Source: Candidatus Latescibacterota bacterium (lineage in GTDB: Bacteria; Latescibacterota; UBA2968; GCA-2709665). From it: a stretch of DNA of 64,000 nt. The translations under genes were made by a program, and so were the position numbers. The stretch is from contig CBDCOX010000002.1 in NCBI GenBank assembly GCA_965219995.1, forward strand, positions 4,576,001 through 4,640,000, written 5' to 3'. A model generated the notes under the pieces. It ran no database searches, was not told the DNA's origin, and saw only the letters and a list, made by a program, of their open reading frames with translations. Below are positions 8,397-18,408 of this stretch, one piece after another; positions within the stretch are counted from its first letter, which is position 1, and each line of letters begins with the position of its first letter.

Positions 8397-10682
8397 GTGG
8401 CTGTTTCCGCCCATCCACCGGAATCCAACAAGGTTACCTTCGCCCGGAGTCTGGGCTGTTTCGACGCATCGATGATCGGAATCGGCGCGATGATCGGCGC
8501 GGGGATCTTCGTGCTGACCGGAATCGCCGCGGGCGAGGCGGGACCGGCGTCGATCCTGGCGTTTGCCCTCAACGGCCTGGTGACGTTGATGACGGCGTTC
8601 TGCTATGCCGAACTCGCCTCGGCGATTCCCGAGGCCGGCGGCGGATATTCCTTCGTCAAGAAAGCGTTTCCCGGGCCGGTGGGATTCCTGTCCGGATGGA
8701 TGCTCTGGTTCGCCTATACGGTGGCGTGCAGTCTCTACGCGTTGGGATTCGCCGGCTACTTCTGGGAGTTTTTTCACAAGTACATGCCGGACGTCAGCCA
8801 CGCCATTCAGGCGACCGCGGGCGTACAGCCTTCCGTTGCACTTGTGACGGTAATCGTCAGCAGCGTCTTCGTCTGGTTGAACGTCCGCGGCACGGAGGTA
8901 ACGGGCAAGGCGGAGAATGTGATTACCATCTCCAAGATTCTCGTGCTTCTGGTATTTGTCTGGTACGGACTGGCGCACATTTTCGCGGCCCCCGAACAGG
9001 CTGCGAAGAGTTTCTCCCCCTTCTTCCCGAAGGGACTGGGGGGCGTACTGGTGGCCATGGGACTTACGTTTATCGCCTTTGAAGGCTACGATCTGATCGC
9101 GACGGTTGCCGAAGAGATCAAACAGCCCGAAACCAATATCCCAAAGGCCACGTTCATTTCCCTGGGCGTGACCGTTGTGGTATATCTGCTGATCGTTTTT
9201 GTCTCACTGGGCGCGGTTCAACCGGAGGCGACGACGTCGTGGGAGTTTCTGGGCCAGTACCAGGAAACGGCGATTGTGAAAGCGGCGGACAGCTTCATGC
9301 CTGCGTTTGGCGTGGCAACCATCGTATTCGGCGGGCTTCTGTCCACCATGTCCGCACTGAACGCGACCGTGCTGGCCTCCAGCCGCGTGGCGTTCTCCAT
9401 GGGCAGGGACCGCTGGCTGCCGCCGGGCATGGCCAGTATTCATGCGGACAGGCGGACGCCGCACATTGCGATTCTGGTTACGGGCGCGATTCTGACGGGC
9501 ATCGCGCTGCTTCTGCCCATCCACGTTGTGGGGTCCGCGGCCAGCCTCATGTTTCTGCTCACGTTTACGCTCGTAAATCTGTCGCTGCTCGTGCTTCGAC
9601 GCCGGGCGCCGGAAATCACGCGCAGGTACAAAGTACCCCTCTTTCCCTGGCTGCCTCTGGTTGGGGCGGCTTCGAATATGCTTCTGGCGATTTACCAGTT
9701 TCGTTTCGATCCCATGGCCTGGTACGTTGCGCTGGGATGGATTGTGGTGGGGTTCTTCGCGTATACCGTCCATTTCCGGAAGGAGTCGGGTGAGGCCGAG
9801 CCTCACGTGCTGGATGCGCTGCCCCTGGAGACCGCCCGCGCGCCTTACAGGGTTTTGGTACCCGTGGCCAATCCGAATACCATCGAGTCGCTGCTGGATA
9901 TTTCCATTCCCATTGCAAAAGCGAAGAACGGCGATCTGATCGTCAGCACGACCGTGGAGGTGCCGATCCAGCTGCCCATCCAGGAAGGCATGAAATATAT
10001 CAACCACCGGATGCCACTGTTGCGCGCGGCTCAGGCCTATACGCAGAAGCAGGACCTGCGCATCGTGTCGGACATCAGGGTGGCGCACCGGGTGGACGAA
10101 GGGATTCTCTCGGCCGTATCGGATGAGCACGCGGATCTGCTGGTGGTCGGATGGAAGGGGTTTACCACCACGCGCGAGCGGATATTCGGCGAGGTGCTCG
10201 ACAGGGTGGTGAACCGGGCCACGGCCGACGTGGTGGTTGTCAAGCTGCAGGATCAGGCCAGGTTCGATCGCATTTTGCTGCCCACGGCGGGCGGGCCGCA
10301 CACACGGTTCGCCGTTGAGCTGCTCGAACCGATCGTCGCGGCCTACGGTTCTCGTGTCACGGCCTGTTACGTCATCCCCGAAGGTGCGGACGCGGAGCGG
10401 GAAGAGGAGGCCATGGGATGGATGCGGCAGACGCTGCGGGACGCGAATCTGGGTGAGGTGGAGTGCCGCGCGATCCGGTCGCGGTCCGTACCGGCGGGCA
10501 TCGTGAGGGCGGGAGCGGATTTCGATCTGGTCGTGATGGGCGCGGCCAATACGGGTTTATTCCAGCAACTCCTGTTCGGTGAAGTGCCGGACCGGGTGGG
10601 ACGATACGCCAAGACTTCCGTAATGCTGGTCAGAAAGCGCGAAGGACGCGGGAAGGCCTGGCTGAGGCGATTGATGAGTTGA
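8397..10682 (+). CDS. APC amino-acid permease with C-terminal universal-stress (USP) domains
   Basis: 'GAMIGAGIF', 'YAELASAIPEAGGGY' and 'AFEGYDLIATVAEE'; C-terminal 'RVLVPVANP' and 'RILLPTAGGPH' USP repeats. Confidence 0.9.
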   Translation: MAVSAHPPESNKVTFARSLGCFDASMIGIGAMIGAGIFVLTGIAAGEAGPASILAFALNGLVTLMTAFCYAELASAIPEAGGGYSFVKKAFPGPVGFLSGWMLWFAYTVACSLYALGFAGYFWEFFHKYMPDVSHAIQATAGVQPSVALVTVIVSSVFVWLNVRGTEVTGKAENVITISKILVLLVFVWYGLAHIFAAPEQAAKSFSPFFPKGLGGVLVAMGLTFIAFEGYDLIATVAEEIKQPETNIPKATFISLGVTVVVYLLIVFVSLGAVQPEATTSWEFLGQYQETAIVKAADSFMPAFGVATIVFGGLLSTMSALNATVLASSRVAFSMGRDRWLPPGMASIHADRRTPHIAILVTGAILTGIALLLPIHVVGSAASLMFLLTFTLVNLSLLVLRRRAPEITRRYKVPLFPWLPLVGAASNMLLAIYQFRFDPMAWYVALGWIVVGFFAYTVHFRKESGEAEPHVLDALPLETARAPYRVLVPVANPNTIESLLDISIPIAKAKNGDLIVSTTVEVPIQLPIQEGMKYINHRMPLLRAAQAYTQKQDLRIVSDIRVAHRVDEGILSAVSDEHADLLVVGWKGFTTTRERIFGEVLDRVVNRATADVVVVKLQDQARFDRILLPTAGGPHTRFAVELLEPIVAAYGSRVTACYVIPEGADAEREEEAMGWMRQTLRDANLGEVECRAIRSRSVPAGIVRAGADFDLVVMGAANTGLFQQLLFGEVPDRVGRYAKTSVMLVRKREGRGKAWLRRLMS

Positions 10683-10693
10683 GGGGAGTAACC

Positions 10694-11989
10694 ATGTTGA
10701 ACGGAGGCGCAGTCACCCTGGACATTACGCCGCCGCTGGGGACGTTGATTCCGGGCCTGTTCCACGAACGCAGGGCGGAGGCGGTTCACGATCCGCTGCA
10801 CGTGCGCAGTTTCGTGCTGGAACAGAACGGCGCCGGAATTGCCATTGTCGTCTGCGATCTGGTCGGCGTCGCCCGGGCATACCTGGACCGGGCGAAGGCG
10901 CGGATCGCCGAAACCGCCGGGCTGACGCCCGAGCGGGTGCTGATCTGCTGTACACATACCCACTCCGGCGCCCAGACGGGCGATGACGCGTATACGGAAT
11001 TCCTGCTGGAGCGGATTGCCGATTCCGTACGCTTGGCGTGGCGCGCGCGCGAGGCGGTGTCGGTGGGCTGGGGACGCGCGGAAGAGGGCCGGCCGGTATT
11101 CAACCGGCGTTTTCACATGGCCGACGGAACGGTGCGGACCAACCCCGGGCTCCGCAATCCGGACGTGCTGAAGCCCGCCGGGCCGGTGGACCCCGAGGTG
11201 GGTGTACTCTGCATTCAGAAGCCGGATGGAAAGCCCGTGGGACTGTTGTGCAACTATGCGCTGCATTACGTGGGCGGTGGAGACCACGAGCGGGAGATTT
11301 CCGCGGATTATTTCGGGTATTTTTCGGGTCTCATCCAGCGGATGCGTGGACAACGGTTTACCGCGGCGTTATCCAACGGCGCTTCCGGCGACATCAACAA
11401 CCACGACGTCATCGGAGGAAGCCGGTGTGCGAACGACCGGCACCAGCATTCGGAGCGCGTCGCCGCACTGGTGGCTGCCCACGCCTTCTGGGCGTGGAAT
11501 GAAATGGACTTCGCCGGCGACCTGACGCTCGGCGCTGAAATGGTCGAGGTCGTCCTGCAGCGGAAAGCCGGACCTTCGCCGGCGGATATCGCCCGTGCCC
11601 GTGAAATCGACGAAAAGGGCGGGGGCACCATGGCGGAGCGGGCATACGCACGGCGGATTCTGCGCCGGATGGCGGACGTGCCCGAGGAGACGCGAACCTG
11701 GGTGCAGGCGTTGCGGATCGGAGACCTCGCCCTCGTGGCCGTGCCGGGTGAATTGCTGGTAAGGCTCGGGCTGGAAATCAAGAAACGGTCCCCGTTCGGG
11801 CAGACGATGGTGCTGGAACTGGCGAACGACAGCGTGGGATATCTGCCCGATGAGCAGGCCTTTCGGGAAGGCGGGTACGAACCCGAAGCGGCCCTGTTTG
11901 CGTCGGGTTCTGGCGAAAAGATCGTGGATGCGGCCGTTGATCTGCTGGACCGATTGCATCGCGCGCATGCACCGGACCGGGAACTATAA
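10694..11989 (+). CDS. Neutral/alkaline ceramidase-like hydrolase
   Basis: 'DITPP', 'HDPL', 'THTHSG', 'NRR', 'ISADY', 'GASGDIN' and 'VPGE...GLEIKKRSPF...GYLP' motifs. Confidence 0.75.
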   Translation: MLNGGAVTLDITPPLGTLIPGLFHERRAEAVHDPLHVRSFVLEQNGAGIAIVVCDLVGVARAYLDRAKARIAETAGLTPERVLICCTHTHSGAQTGDDAYTEFLLERIADSVRLAWRAREAVSVGWGRAEEGRPVFNRRFHMADGTVRTNPGLRNPDVLKPAGPVDPEVGVLCIQKPDGKPVGLLCNYALHYVGGGDHEREISADYFGYFSGLIQRMRGQRFTAALSNGASGDINNHDVIGGSRCANDRHQHSERVAALVAAHAFWAWNEMDFAGDLTLGAEMVEVVLQRKAGPSPADIARAREIDEKGGGTMAERAYARRILRRMADVPEETRTWVQALRIGDLALVAVPGELLVRLGLEIKKRSPFGQTMVLELANDSVGYLPDEQAFREGGYEPEAALFASGSGEKIVDAAVDLLDRLHRAHAPDREL

Positions 11990-12029
11990 AGAAACGGCCC
12001 TGCCGGGACAGAACACGAAAGGAGGAGAT

Positions 12030-13073
12030 ATGTCGGACACGGTACGCATTGGAGTGATCGGCGCCGGCGGCATTTTCCGGAGCCGTCACTTCCCGGGGCT
12101 GGCGAAGATCGGAAACGCGGAAGTGGTTGCCATCTGCAACCGGAGCGAGGAGAGCGCGGGGGCGATCGCGCGCGAGTTCGGCCTTTCGCCGAGATTGATG
12201 GCCGATCCGTACGCGTTGATCGGAAGCGAGGACGTGGACGCCGTGATGATCGGCACCTGGCCGTACAGGCACTGCGAATACGTGCTGGCGTCCCTGGACG
12301 CCGGAAAGCACGTCTTCGTACAGGCGCGGATGGCGATGAACCTGCGGGAGGCAAAGGCCATGTACGCCAGGGCGCTGGAAACCGGCCTTGTCACGCAGAT
12401 CTGTCCCTCACCGATGGCGATGAAAGGCGACTGGTTCATCCAGCGGCTGATCCGCGAGGGGTACCTGGGCGACGTCTACCATGTCTATACCCGATCGTTC
12501 AGCGGCGACAATTGCGATCCCGAACAACCTCTGCACTGGCGGCAGATCGACCGGTATTCCGGATTGAACGCGCTGAACATGGGCATCCTGGTGGAAATCG
12601 TGCAGCGCTGGGCAGGCCGGATGAAGACGATATCGGCGCACGCGGAGACGTTCATCAAGGTGCGCCCGCTGGCCGGCGGCCAGGGGACGGGACCGGTGGA
12701 GCGCCCCGATACCGTGCATATCATGGGACAGATGGAAAACGGCGCGCAGGCCGCGTTTCTGTTTTCCTCCGTGGCGCGGTTCGGCGTGGATCCGCAGGTG
12801 GAACTGTACGGCAGCGACGGGACCCTGATCTACAAACTTGACAACGACACCATTCTGGGCGGGCGGGCCGGAGAAAGCGGTCTTTCGGAGATTCCCATAC
12901 CGGATGACGAAGTCCGCGAGTGGACCGTGGAGCAGGATTTCGTGAACGCGATCCAGGGCGGCTCTCCCGGGGATACCACCTTCGAGGCGGGCGTAAACTA
13001 TATGGCGTTTACTGAAGCGGTGTTCAGATCCGCGGAACGGGGCGGCGTGGTGCATCTGCCCCTGGTGGATTGA
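12030..13073 (+). CDS. Gfo/Idh/MocA oxidoreductase
   Basis: 'RIGVIGAGGI' and 'AGKHVFVQARMA'; RBS AGGAGG. Confidence 0.9.
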   Translation: MSDTVRIGVIGAGGIFRSRHFPGLAKIGNAEVVAICNRSEESAGAIAREFGLSPRLMADPYALIGSEDVDAVMIGTWPYRHCEYVLASLDAGKHVFVQARMAMNLREAKAMYARALETGLVTQICPSPMAMKGDWFIQRLIREGYLGDVYHVYTRSFSGDNCDPEQPLHWRQIDRYSGLNALNMGILVEIVQRWAGRMKTISAHAETFIKVRPLAGGQGTGPVERPDTVHIMGQMENGAQAAFLFSSVARFGVDPQVELYGSDGTLIYKLDNDTILGGRAGESGLSEIPIPDDEVREWTVEQDFVNAIQGGSPGDTTFEAGVNYMAFTEAVFRSAERGGVVHLPLVD

Positions 13074-13099
13074 ACGCACATTCCGAAAGGGTCGGTTTC

Positions 13100-14116
13100 G
13101 TGGCAGGGGAATATCGAATCGCGGTGGCGGGCACGGGGTATATCGGCCTGGAACATATCAAGGCGATTGCCGCGCATCCTGGGGCGAAATTGCGCGCGAT
13201 CTGCGGATCGGAGCGCAGCGCGGGTCAGTTGAAGGATATGAAGGCCGAGTACGGCGCCGACGTGGTGACAACGGACTACGGGGAGATTGTTTCGGACGAT
13301 GCGGTCGACGTGGTCTATCTCTGCACGCCCAACCGGCTGCACGCCGATGAGGCCGTTGCCGCGCTGGAGGCCGGCAAGCACGTGTTCTGCGAAAAGCCCA
13401 TGGCGACCACGCTGCAGGATTGCCGGCGCATGGTTGACGCGGTAGAAAGTTCTGGCCGGCGGCTGATGGTGGGCCACGGCGCGCGTTTCAGGCAGCTGCA
13501 CCGCGCCGTCAAGGACCTGTTCGATTCGGGCAAGCTGGGCGAGGCCTGTTTCTGCGAGTCGGACTACGTCCATTCGCTGGGGCCGTTTCTTCAGGGTCCG
13601 GGTCACCAGTGGTGGCGCCACCCGGAAGAAGGTCAGTTCGCGGTGATAGGCGGGGCGTGCCATCCGCTGGACCTGATGCGATGGATCGTGGGGGAACTGG
13701 AAGAGGTGTCGGCCTATGGCGTCACGAAGGTCCTGCACGACGTGGACTGGCACGATACGGTGATCGCCACATTGAAGTTCAGGAACGGTGCGGTCGGCAA
13801 GTGCCTGGTGTCCGTGGGTGCGCCACGTCCGTATTCGATGACGTTCAATCTGTATGGCACCGAGGGTACGGTGGAAGAGAACCGGCTCTATCTGAGAGAA
13901 TTCGGAGAGATCGAGGCGTTCGCGGAGATCCCGTTTCCGGTGCTGGGCGAAGTGCACGCCTGTCCCGAGGAACTGTCGCATTTTCTGCGCTGCCTGGATA
14001 CGGGCGAGGCGCCGATGATCGACGTGCGGGACGGCGCGCGGACGATGGCGGCGTGTTTCGCGGTGGCGAAATCGATGGAAACCGGCCGGCCCGCGAGGGT
14101 GGTGACGGAATTCTGA
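13100..14116 (+). CDS. Gfo/Idh/MocA oxidoreductase (start could be 13070)
   Basis: 'IAVAGTGYIG', 'AGKHVFCEKPMA' and 'CHPLDL'. Confidence 0.9.
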   Translation: MAGEYRIAVAGTGYIGLEHIKAIAAHPGAKLRAICGSERSAGQLKDMKAEYGADVVTTDYGEIVSDDAVDVVYLCTPNRLHADEAVAALEAGKHVFCEKPMATTLQDCRRMVDAVESSGRRLMVGHGARFRQLHRAVKDLFDSGKLGEACFCESDYVHSLGPFLQGPGHQWWRHPEEGQFAVIGGACHPLDLMRWIVGELEEVSAYGVTKVLHDVDWHDTVIATLKFRNGAVGKCLVSVGAPRPYSMTFNLYGTEGTVEENRLYLREFGEIEAFAEIPFPVLGEVHACPEELSHFLRCLDTGEAPMIDVRDGARTMAACFAVAKSMETGRPARVVTEF

Positions 14117-14140
14117 GAGGATGGCGGAGGGGTCTGCAGA

Positions 14141-14989
14141 ATGGGTGACGTACGGCTGGTGGCTTTCGACCTGGACGGTACGCTGCTCGACGACCGGGGG
14201 CGGATGTCAGATGCGTCGGTCGAGGCGCTGCGGCGGCTGGCACGGGCCGGCATCGCGCTTGCGTCGATCAGCGGCCGGAACGTGGGAAAGAGCCTGGCGC
14301 CGTTTTCGCACGACCTGAGAGCGGCGCTGCATGTGGGCAGCTACAATGGCGCGATGGTGATGGGAACGGGCGCGGACGGCGAGCGGCCGCTGCTGCACGA
14401 ACAGCGACTGCCGCGGGACGGCCTTCCCGATCTGCTGGAATTTATCGACGACAGCCGGGTGAACTTCATCTATTGCCGGTGCGAGGCGGATGGCGGCGGT
14501 CTCAACGAGGCCTATCTGACGGACGAGGAAACCGTGTGCATCCGCAATCTGGTGCGGATGACCGGAGTAAATATCGTGCTTGAAGCGGATCTGCTGGCCA
14601 GGGCGCGCGACTTCGTTCCGCCGCCAAAGATGATCCTGCTGCCGGGTCCCGCCCGAAGGGAAGCTCTGTTCGAGCGGATGCGGGCGGCGTTCGGACGCCG
14701 GTTCTACCTCGCCCGCACGGGTGACGACCGGATTGAAGTCATGCACACGGAGGTGAACAAGGCGGTGGCTTTGCGGAAGCTCTGCGAGGCCTGCGATGTC
14801 TCACCTTCGCAGGCCATGGCGATTGGCGACGGGGACAATGATCTGCCGATGCTGAGGGAGGCGGGCATTGGCGTGCTGATGGGAAACGCGGACGGACTGA
14901 CCCGGAAATCAGCGGATTCCGCGGGCGTGCGGATGGCCGAGTCGCTTGCGGAAAACGGGTTTTCAAAAGCCGTCGCGAGGTACGTGTAG
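14141..14989 (+). CDS. Cof-type HAD hydrolase (subfamily IIB)
   Basis: 'FDLDGTLL', 'SGR', 'NKAVAL' and 'IGDGDNDLPML'. Confidence 0.9.
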   Translation: MGDVRLVAFDLDGTLLDDRGRMSDASVEALRRLARAGIALASISGRNVGKSLAPFSHDLRAALHVGSYNGAMVMGTGADGERPLLHEQRLPRDGLPDLLEFIDDSRVNFIYCRCEADGGGLNEAYLTDEETVCIRNLVRMTGVNIVLEADLLARARDFVPPPKMILLPGPARREALFERMRAAFGRRFYLARTGDDRIEVMHTEVNKAVALRKLCEACDVSPSQAMAIGDGDNDLPMLREAGIGVLMGNADGLTRKSADSAGVRMAESLAENGFSKAVARYV

Positions 14990-15008
14990 GGGACCACACA
15001 ACCGCGTT

Positions 15009-15776
15009 CTATTCAAGGCGGCTTCCCGATTCCTCCGCGATCTGCGCGTGAAGGTCCGCGCTGCTGGACAGTATGTGTTCCTCCATGGCCTGCTGCGCGG
15101 CGTCGGCGTCGCCTTTCCGGAGGGCGCGCAGGACTCTCCCGTGCTCGTCCAGGGACATCCGGGCCCGCTCCTCCACCGTGTGGGTTGCGGGATCTGCAAG
15201 GCTGGCCTTGATCCACTGCTGAAGGTAGTTGCGTATCATGACGAGGAGGTTGCGGAGGATCGAATTCTGGGTAGCCCGGGCAATGGCCAGGTGGAACTGA
15301 ACGTCGAATTCCAGGAATTCACCGGGTTGATCGAGAGATGCTTCGATTCCCCGGATTGTCCGGTCGAGTTCCCGGAGATCGGCCTCCGTGGCGCGCGACG
15401 CGGCGAGGAAGGCGTTCCGCGTCTCCAGCATCAGCCGGGTTTCGACGAGATCCTTGACTTCCTTCGGATCCAGCAGCAGTCCCCAACTCAGGGATTTCTC
15501 CAGGTAACGGCCGGTGTCGTCGCTAACGAACGTGCCTTCTCCGACACGGCTTTCCAGGATGCCCATCACGGAGAGCGAGCGGAGCGCTTCCCTGAGAGAG
15601 GTGCGACCGACCTCGAACTGTTTGCACAGGCTTCGTTCGGGCGGCAGCCGATCGCCCGGTTTCAGCACGTCCCGGGAGATGAGGTCGATGATCTGGGAGA
15701 CGATTTCGTCGCTCAGGGACGTCCGTTTGACGGGTGTCATCTGCTCGATGGCCGGGGGAGGGCGTTTCAGGTTCAC
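15009..15776 (-). CDS. FadR/GntR-family transcriptional regulator
   Basis: 'LKPGDRLPPERSLCKQFEVGRTSLREAL...GEGTFV' plus FCD domain 'FDVQFHLAIARATQN'. GTG start at 15776 after AAAGGG; the 15980 start overlaps the divergent gene. Confidence 0.9.
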   Translation of the reverse strand: MNLKRPPPAIEQMTPVKRTSLSDEIVSQIIDLISRDVLKPGDRLPPERSLCKQFEVGRTSLREALRSLSVMGILESRVGEGTFVSDDTGRYLEKSLSWGLLLDPKEVKDLVETRLMLETRNAFLAASRATEADLRELDRTIRGIEASLDQPGEFLEFDVQFHLAIARATQNSILRNLLVMIRNYLQQWIKASLADPATHTVEERARMSLDEHGRVLRALRKGDADAAQQAMEEHILSSSADLHAQIAEESGSRLE

Positions 15777-15825
15777 GCGAGATTTCCCTTTACAAAGCTG
15801 TGATTTTGGGTTAATCTTATATTTC

Positions 15826-15842
15826 AAATTGGTCTGACCATC
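15826..15842. promoter_or_regulatory. FadR-subfamily operator
   Basis: AATTGGTCTGACCATC contains the palindrome TGGTC-T-GACCA (15830-15840) and lies between the divergent regulator and the operon. It resembles the PdhR/LldR-type AATTGGT-N3-ACCAATT. Confidence 0.75.
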
Positions 15843-15909
15843 ATCACATCGGTAAAAGAACAGACCGGGTACCACGCTGTCAAGAGAAAACTTGCCGGAG
15901 GATGGCGCG

Positions 15910-16539
15910 ATGGGCCGAACCGTCGATATTGGAACGCGCATCGAACTGGTGCCGATGGATCCGCACTTCCATGAGATCACAATTGGTCTTTACCTGCAGG
16001 AGCACAACGGTGCTCCCGTGTATCGTGTGCACACGTACAGCGGAAAATCGGGCGCCGAGCAACGAATCGCGTTCGTCTCCAACGCAATGGCGGTGTTGGG
16101 CGGAATGCGACAGACAACGGACGGCCTTCTGCGATTTCCGTGCGGCGATGCGCACCTGCTGGCTTGCCGGCGTGTCTTTCTGGAAGCATGCAAGCTGGCC
16201 TCCGGCGGCGAACTCAAAGCCCGGCCCCTGACAATCCTCGACAGGAAGTCGGGATTGAACATAACGGTGTCGAGCGTGGGTGAAGGCGTGTACCGGATTG
16301 GCGCCGAAGGTGAGAGCAAGGACGGCGCGCGGAGGGTTGCGGCGATTGCGGGCGGGCTGGCCAAGCTCGGAGAAATGCAGTCTCGAGGCCCGGACACGGT
16401 CGCTTTCGCGTGCGGGCACGCGCATAACGCCGTGGTGGGGCTTCTTCTGGTTCGTGCACCGAACGTTCGGGCAGCGGTCCGAGAACAGGAAATGGCAGGC
16501 GCACGGGGCGTTCTGGCCGCGCCCAGCGAGCAACGTTAG
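15910..16539 (+). CDS. Hypothetical protein with an internal duplicated FxCGxAH motif
   Basis: RBS GGAGG; first gene of the methyltransferase operon; motifs 'RFPCGDAH' and 'AFACGHAH'. Confidence 0.75.
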   Translation: MGRTVDIGTRIELVPMDPHFHEITIGLYLQEHNGAPVYRVHTYSGKSGAEQRIAFVSNAMAVLGGMRQTTDGLLRFPCGDAHLLACRRVFLEACKLASGGELKARPLTILDRKSGLNITVSSVGEGVYRIGAEGESKDGARRVAAIAGGLAKLGEMQSRGPDTVAFACGHAHNAVVGLLLVRAPNVRAAVREQEMAGARGVLAAPSEQR

Positions 16540-16574
16540 TCGAAAAACAGGATTCCAGCCGGGAGAATTGAAAT

Positions 16575-17621
16575 ATGGCGACTCAAACAGTGGGCCCGAT
16601 GACCGGCCGTGAGCGGGTTCTGGCGGCGCTGAACCGGGAGCCGGTGGACCGGACGCCGGTATGCAATCCCACGTCCGTGGCGACGGTGGAGCTGATGGAT
16701 CTCGTGGACGCGCCGTTTCCTCACGCGAACAGGAACCCGGAACTGATGGCCCGGCTGGCCGCGACCGGGCACACCGAGTTGGGGTTCGATACGATCATGC
16801 CCGTGTTCACGATCATCCAGGAGTCGTCCGCGCTGGGTTGCAAGATCCAGTGGGAACAGAAGGACAACTGGCCCACGGTGAGGATGCGCGAGCCCATCTG
16901 GGAAGACGTGGACGATATCCGGATTCCGCCCGACCTTCTCACGCACCAGGATACGAAGTGCGTGCTGGATGCGATCCGGATTCTGAAGAAGGAATACGGG
17001 GACGACGTGGCGATTATCGGGAAGACGATGGGCCCGTGGTCGCTGGGATATCACTGCTTCGGGGTGGAGCCCTTTCTGCTCATGTCGCTGGACGACCCGG
17101 ACAAGACGAAGGCGTGCCTGGACAGGATGAAGGAAGCGACGGTGGACTTCGGGGTGGCGCAGATCGAGGCGGGCGCGGACGCGCTCACGCTGCCGGATCA
17201 CGCGACGGGCGACCTGGTGAGCGGGGAGTACTACAAGCGGTATCTGCGCGACCTGCACATCGAATTCGTGGAGCGGATCCCGATTCCGCTGATTCTGCAC
17301 ATCTGCGGACGGACCGTGGATCGGATGGAATATATCGCGCAGACGGGGATGCACGCGTTCCATTACGACTCCAAGAACGAGCCGGAAGAATCCATGGCGG
17401 CGGTCAAGGAGCGGATCTCGCTGGTGGGCAACGTCAACAATCCTGAGACGCTGTTTTCCAAAGGGCCCGAGGCGGTCCGCCAGGAGGTCGTCAACAACCT
17501 GGACGCCGGCGTGCATCTCGTGGGTCCCGAGTGCGCGATCCCGCTGCAGACGTCAATCGAGAACCTGAAGGAGATCCCCGGGGCGGTCCGGGACTGGCAC
17601 CGGGAGCACGCGGCAGGATAA
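16575..17621 (+). CDS. MtaA/CmuA-family (UroD-fold) Zn-dependent corrinoid methyltransferase
   Basis: 'MTGRERVLAAL..EPVDRTPV', 'QIEAGAD', Zn motif 'LHICG' and C-terminal 'GPEC'. Confidence 0.88.
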   Translation: MATQTVGPMTGRERVLAALNREPVDRTPVCNPTSVATVELMDLVDAPFPHANRNPELMARLAATGHTELGFDTIMPVFTIIQESSALGCKIQWEQKDNWPTVRMREPIWEDVDDIRIPPDLLTHQDTKCVLDAIRILKKEYGDDVAIIGKTMGPWSLGYHCFGVEPFLLMSLDDPDKTKACLDRMKEATVDFGVAQIEAGADALTLPDHATGDLVSGEYYKRYLRDLHIEFVERIPIPLILHICGRTVDRMEYIAQTGMHAFHYDSKNEPEESMAAVKERISLVGNVNNPETLFSKGPEAVRQEVVNNLDAGVHLVGPECAIPLQTSIENLKEIPGAVRDWHREHAAG

Positions 17622-17637
17622 GGGGGGCAGGAGCGCG

Positions 17638-18408
17638 ATGGCGGAACTCACTGATATCGGTAACGAATTCATCCGTGACGAAATCGAGGAGTTTCTCGAG
17701 CGGGAGGACGAGCGGGAGCGGGCGATCGCCACGTTTGCCGGCGTCACCCCCGATATGCAGGCGATTGCCGCGGCCCTGATCGACGGCGACCATCACGAGG
17801 TGGACGCGCTCACCAAAGAAGCACTGGATGCGGGTACCGGGGCGCTGGAGGTGATGGACGACGGGCTGATCGCGGGAATGGGCATCGTGGGGATCAAATT
17901 CCGGGAGAACTTCATCTTCGTGCCTGAAGTGCTGGCCTGCGCCCGGGCGATGAAGGCCGGGATGGCCTATATCGAGCCCATTCTGTCCGCATCGGGCGTC
18001 GAGCCGATCGGCACGGTCATTATGGGTACGGTAAAGGGCGACCTGCACGATATCGGAAAGAACCTCTGCATCATGATGCTTCGCGGCGCGGGGTTTGTGG
18101 TCCACGATCTGGGGGTGGACACGTCGGAAGACGAATTCCTGGATGCCGTGGAGGAGCACGGCGCGCCGCTGCTGGGGATGTCGGCGCTGCTGACGACGAC
18201 CATGCCCAATATGGGCAAAACGATCGAGGCGTTCATAGACGCGGATTTGCGCGAAGACGTCAAGATCATGGTGGGGGGCGCGCCCGTCACGCAGGAGTTC
18301 GCCGACGATATGGGCGCCGACGGGTACGGCAAAGACGCGATGGCGTGCGTGTCCCTGGCCAAGGACCTGCTCGACGAGACGAAGTCCGAGACCAACCTGA
18401 ATGCGTGA
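17638..18408 (+). CDS. Cobalamin-binding corrinoid protein (cap domain plus B12-binding domain)
   Basis: 'FVPEVL..ARAMK', 'GTVKGDLHDIGKNL', 'MSALLTTTM' and 'VGGAPV'. Confidence 0.95.
   Translation: MAELTDIGNEFIRDEIEEFLEREDERERAIATFAGVTPDMQAIAAALIDGDHHEVDALTKEALDAGTGALEVMDDGLIAGMGIVGIKFRENFIFVPEVLACARAMKAGMAYIEPILSASGVEPIGTVIMGTVKGDLHDIGKNLCIMMLRGAGFVVHDLGVDTSEDEFLDAVEEHGAPLLGMSALLTTTMPNMGKTIEAFIDADLREDVKIMVGGAPVTQEFADDMGADGYGKDAMACVSLAKDLLDETKSETNLNA

Noticed and set aside
15780-15910. Possible cobalamin or SAM riboswitch ahead of the methyltransferase operon
   Set aside because: The gap is short and I could not find a B12 box or SAM-riboswitch core; only the FadR-type palindrome is evident.
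15777-15980. Long N-terminal extension of the GntR ORF in the track
   Set aside because: It overlaps the divergent gene and the operator; a GTG with an RBS at 15776 fits the family length.
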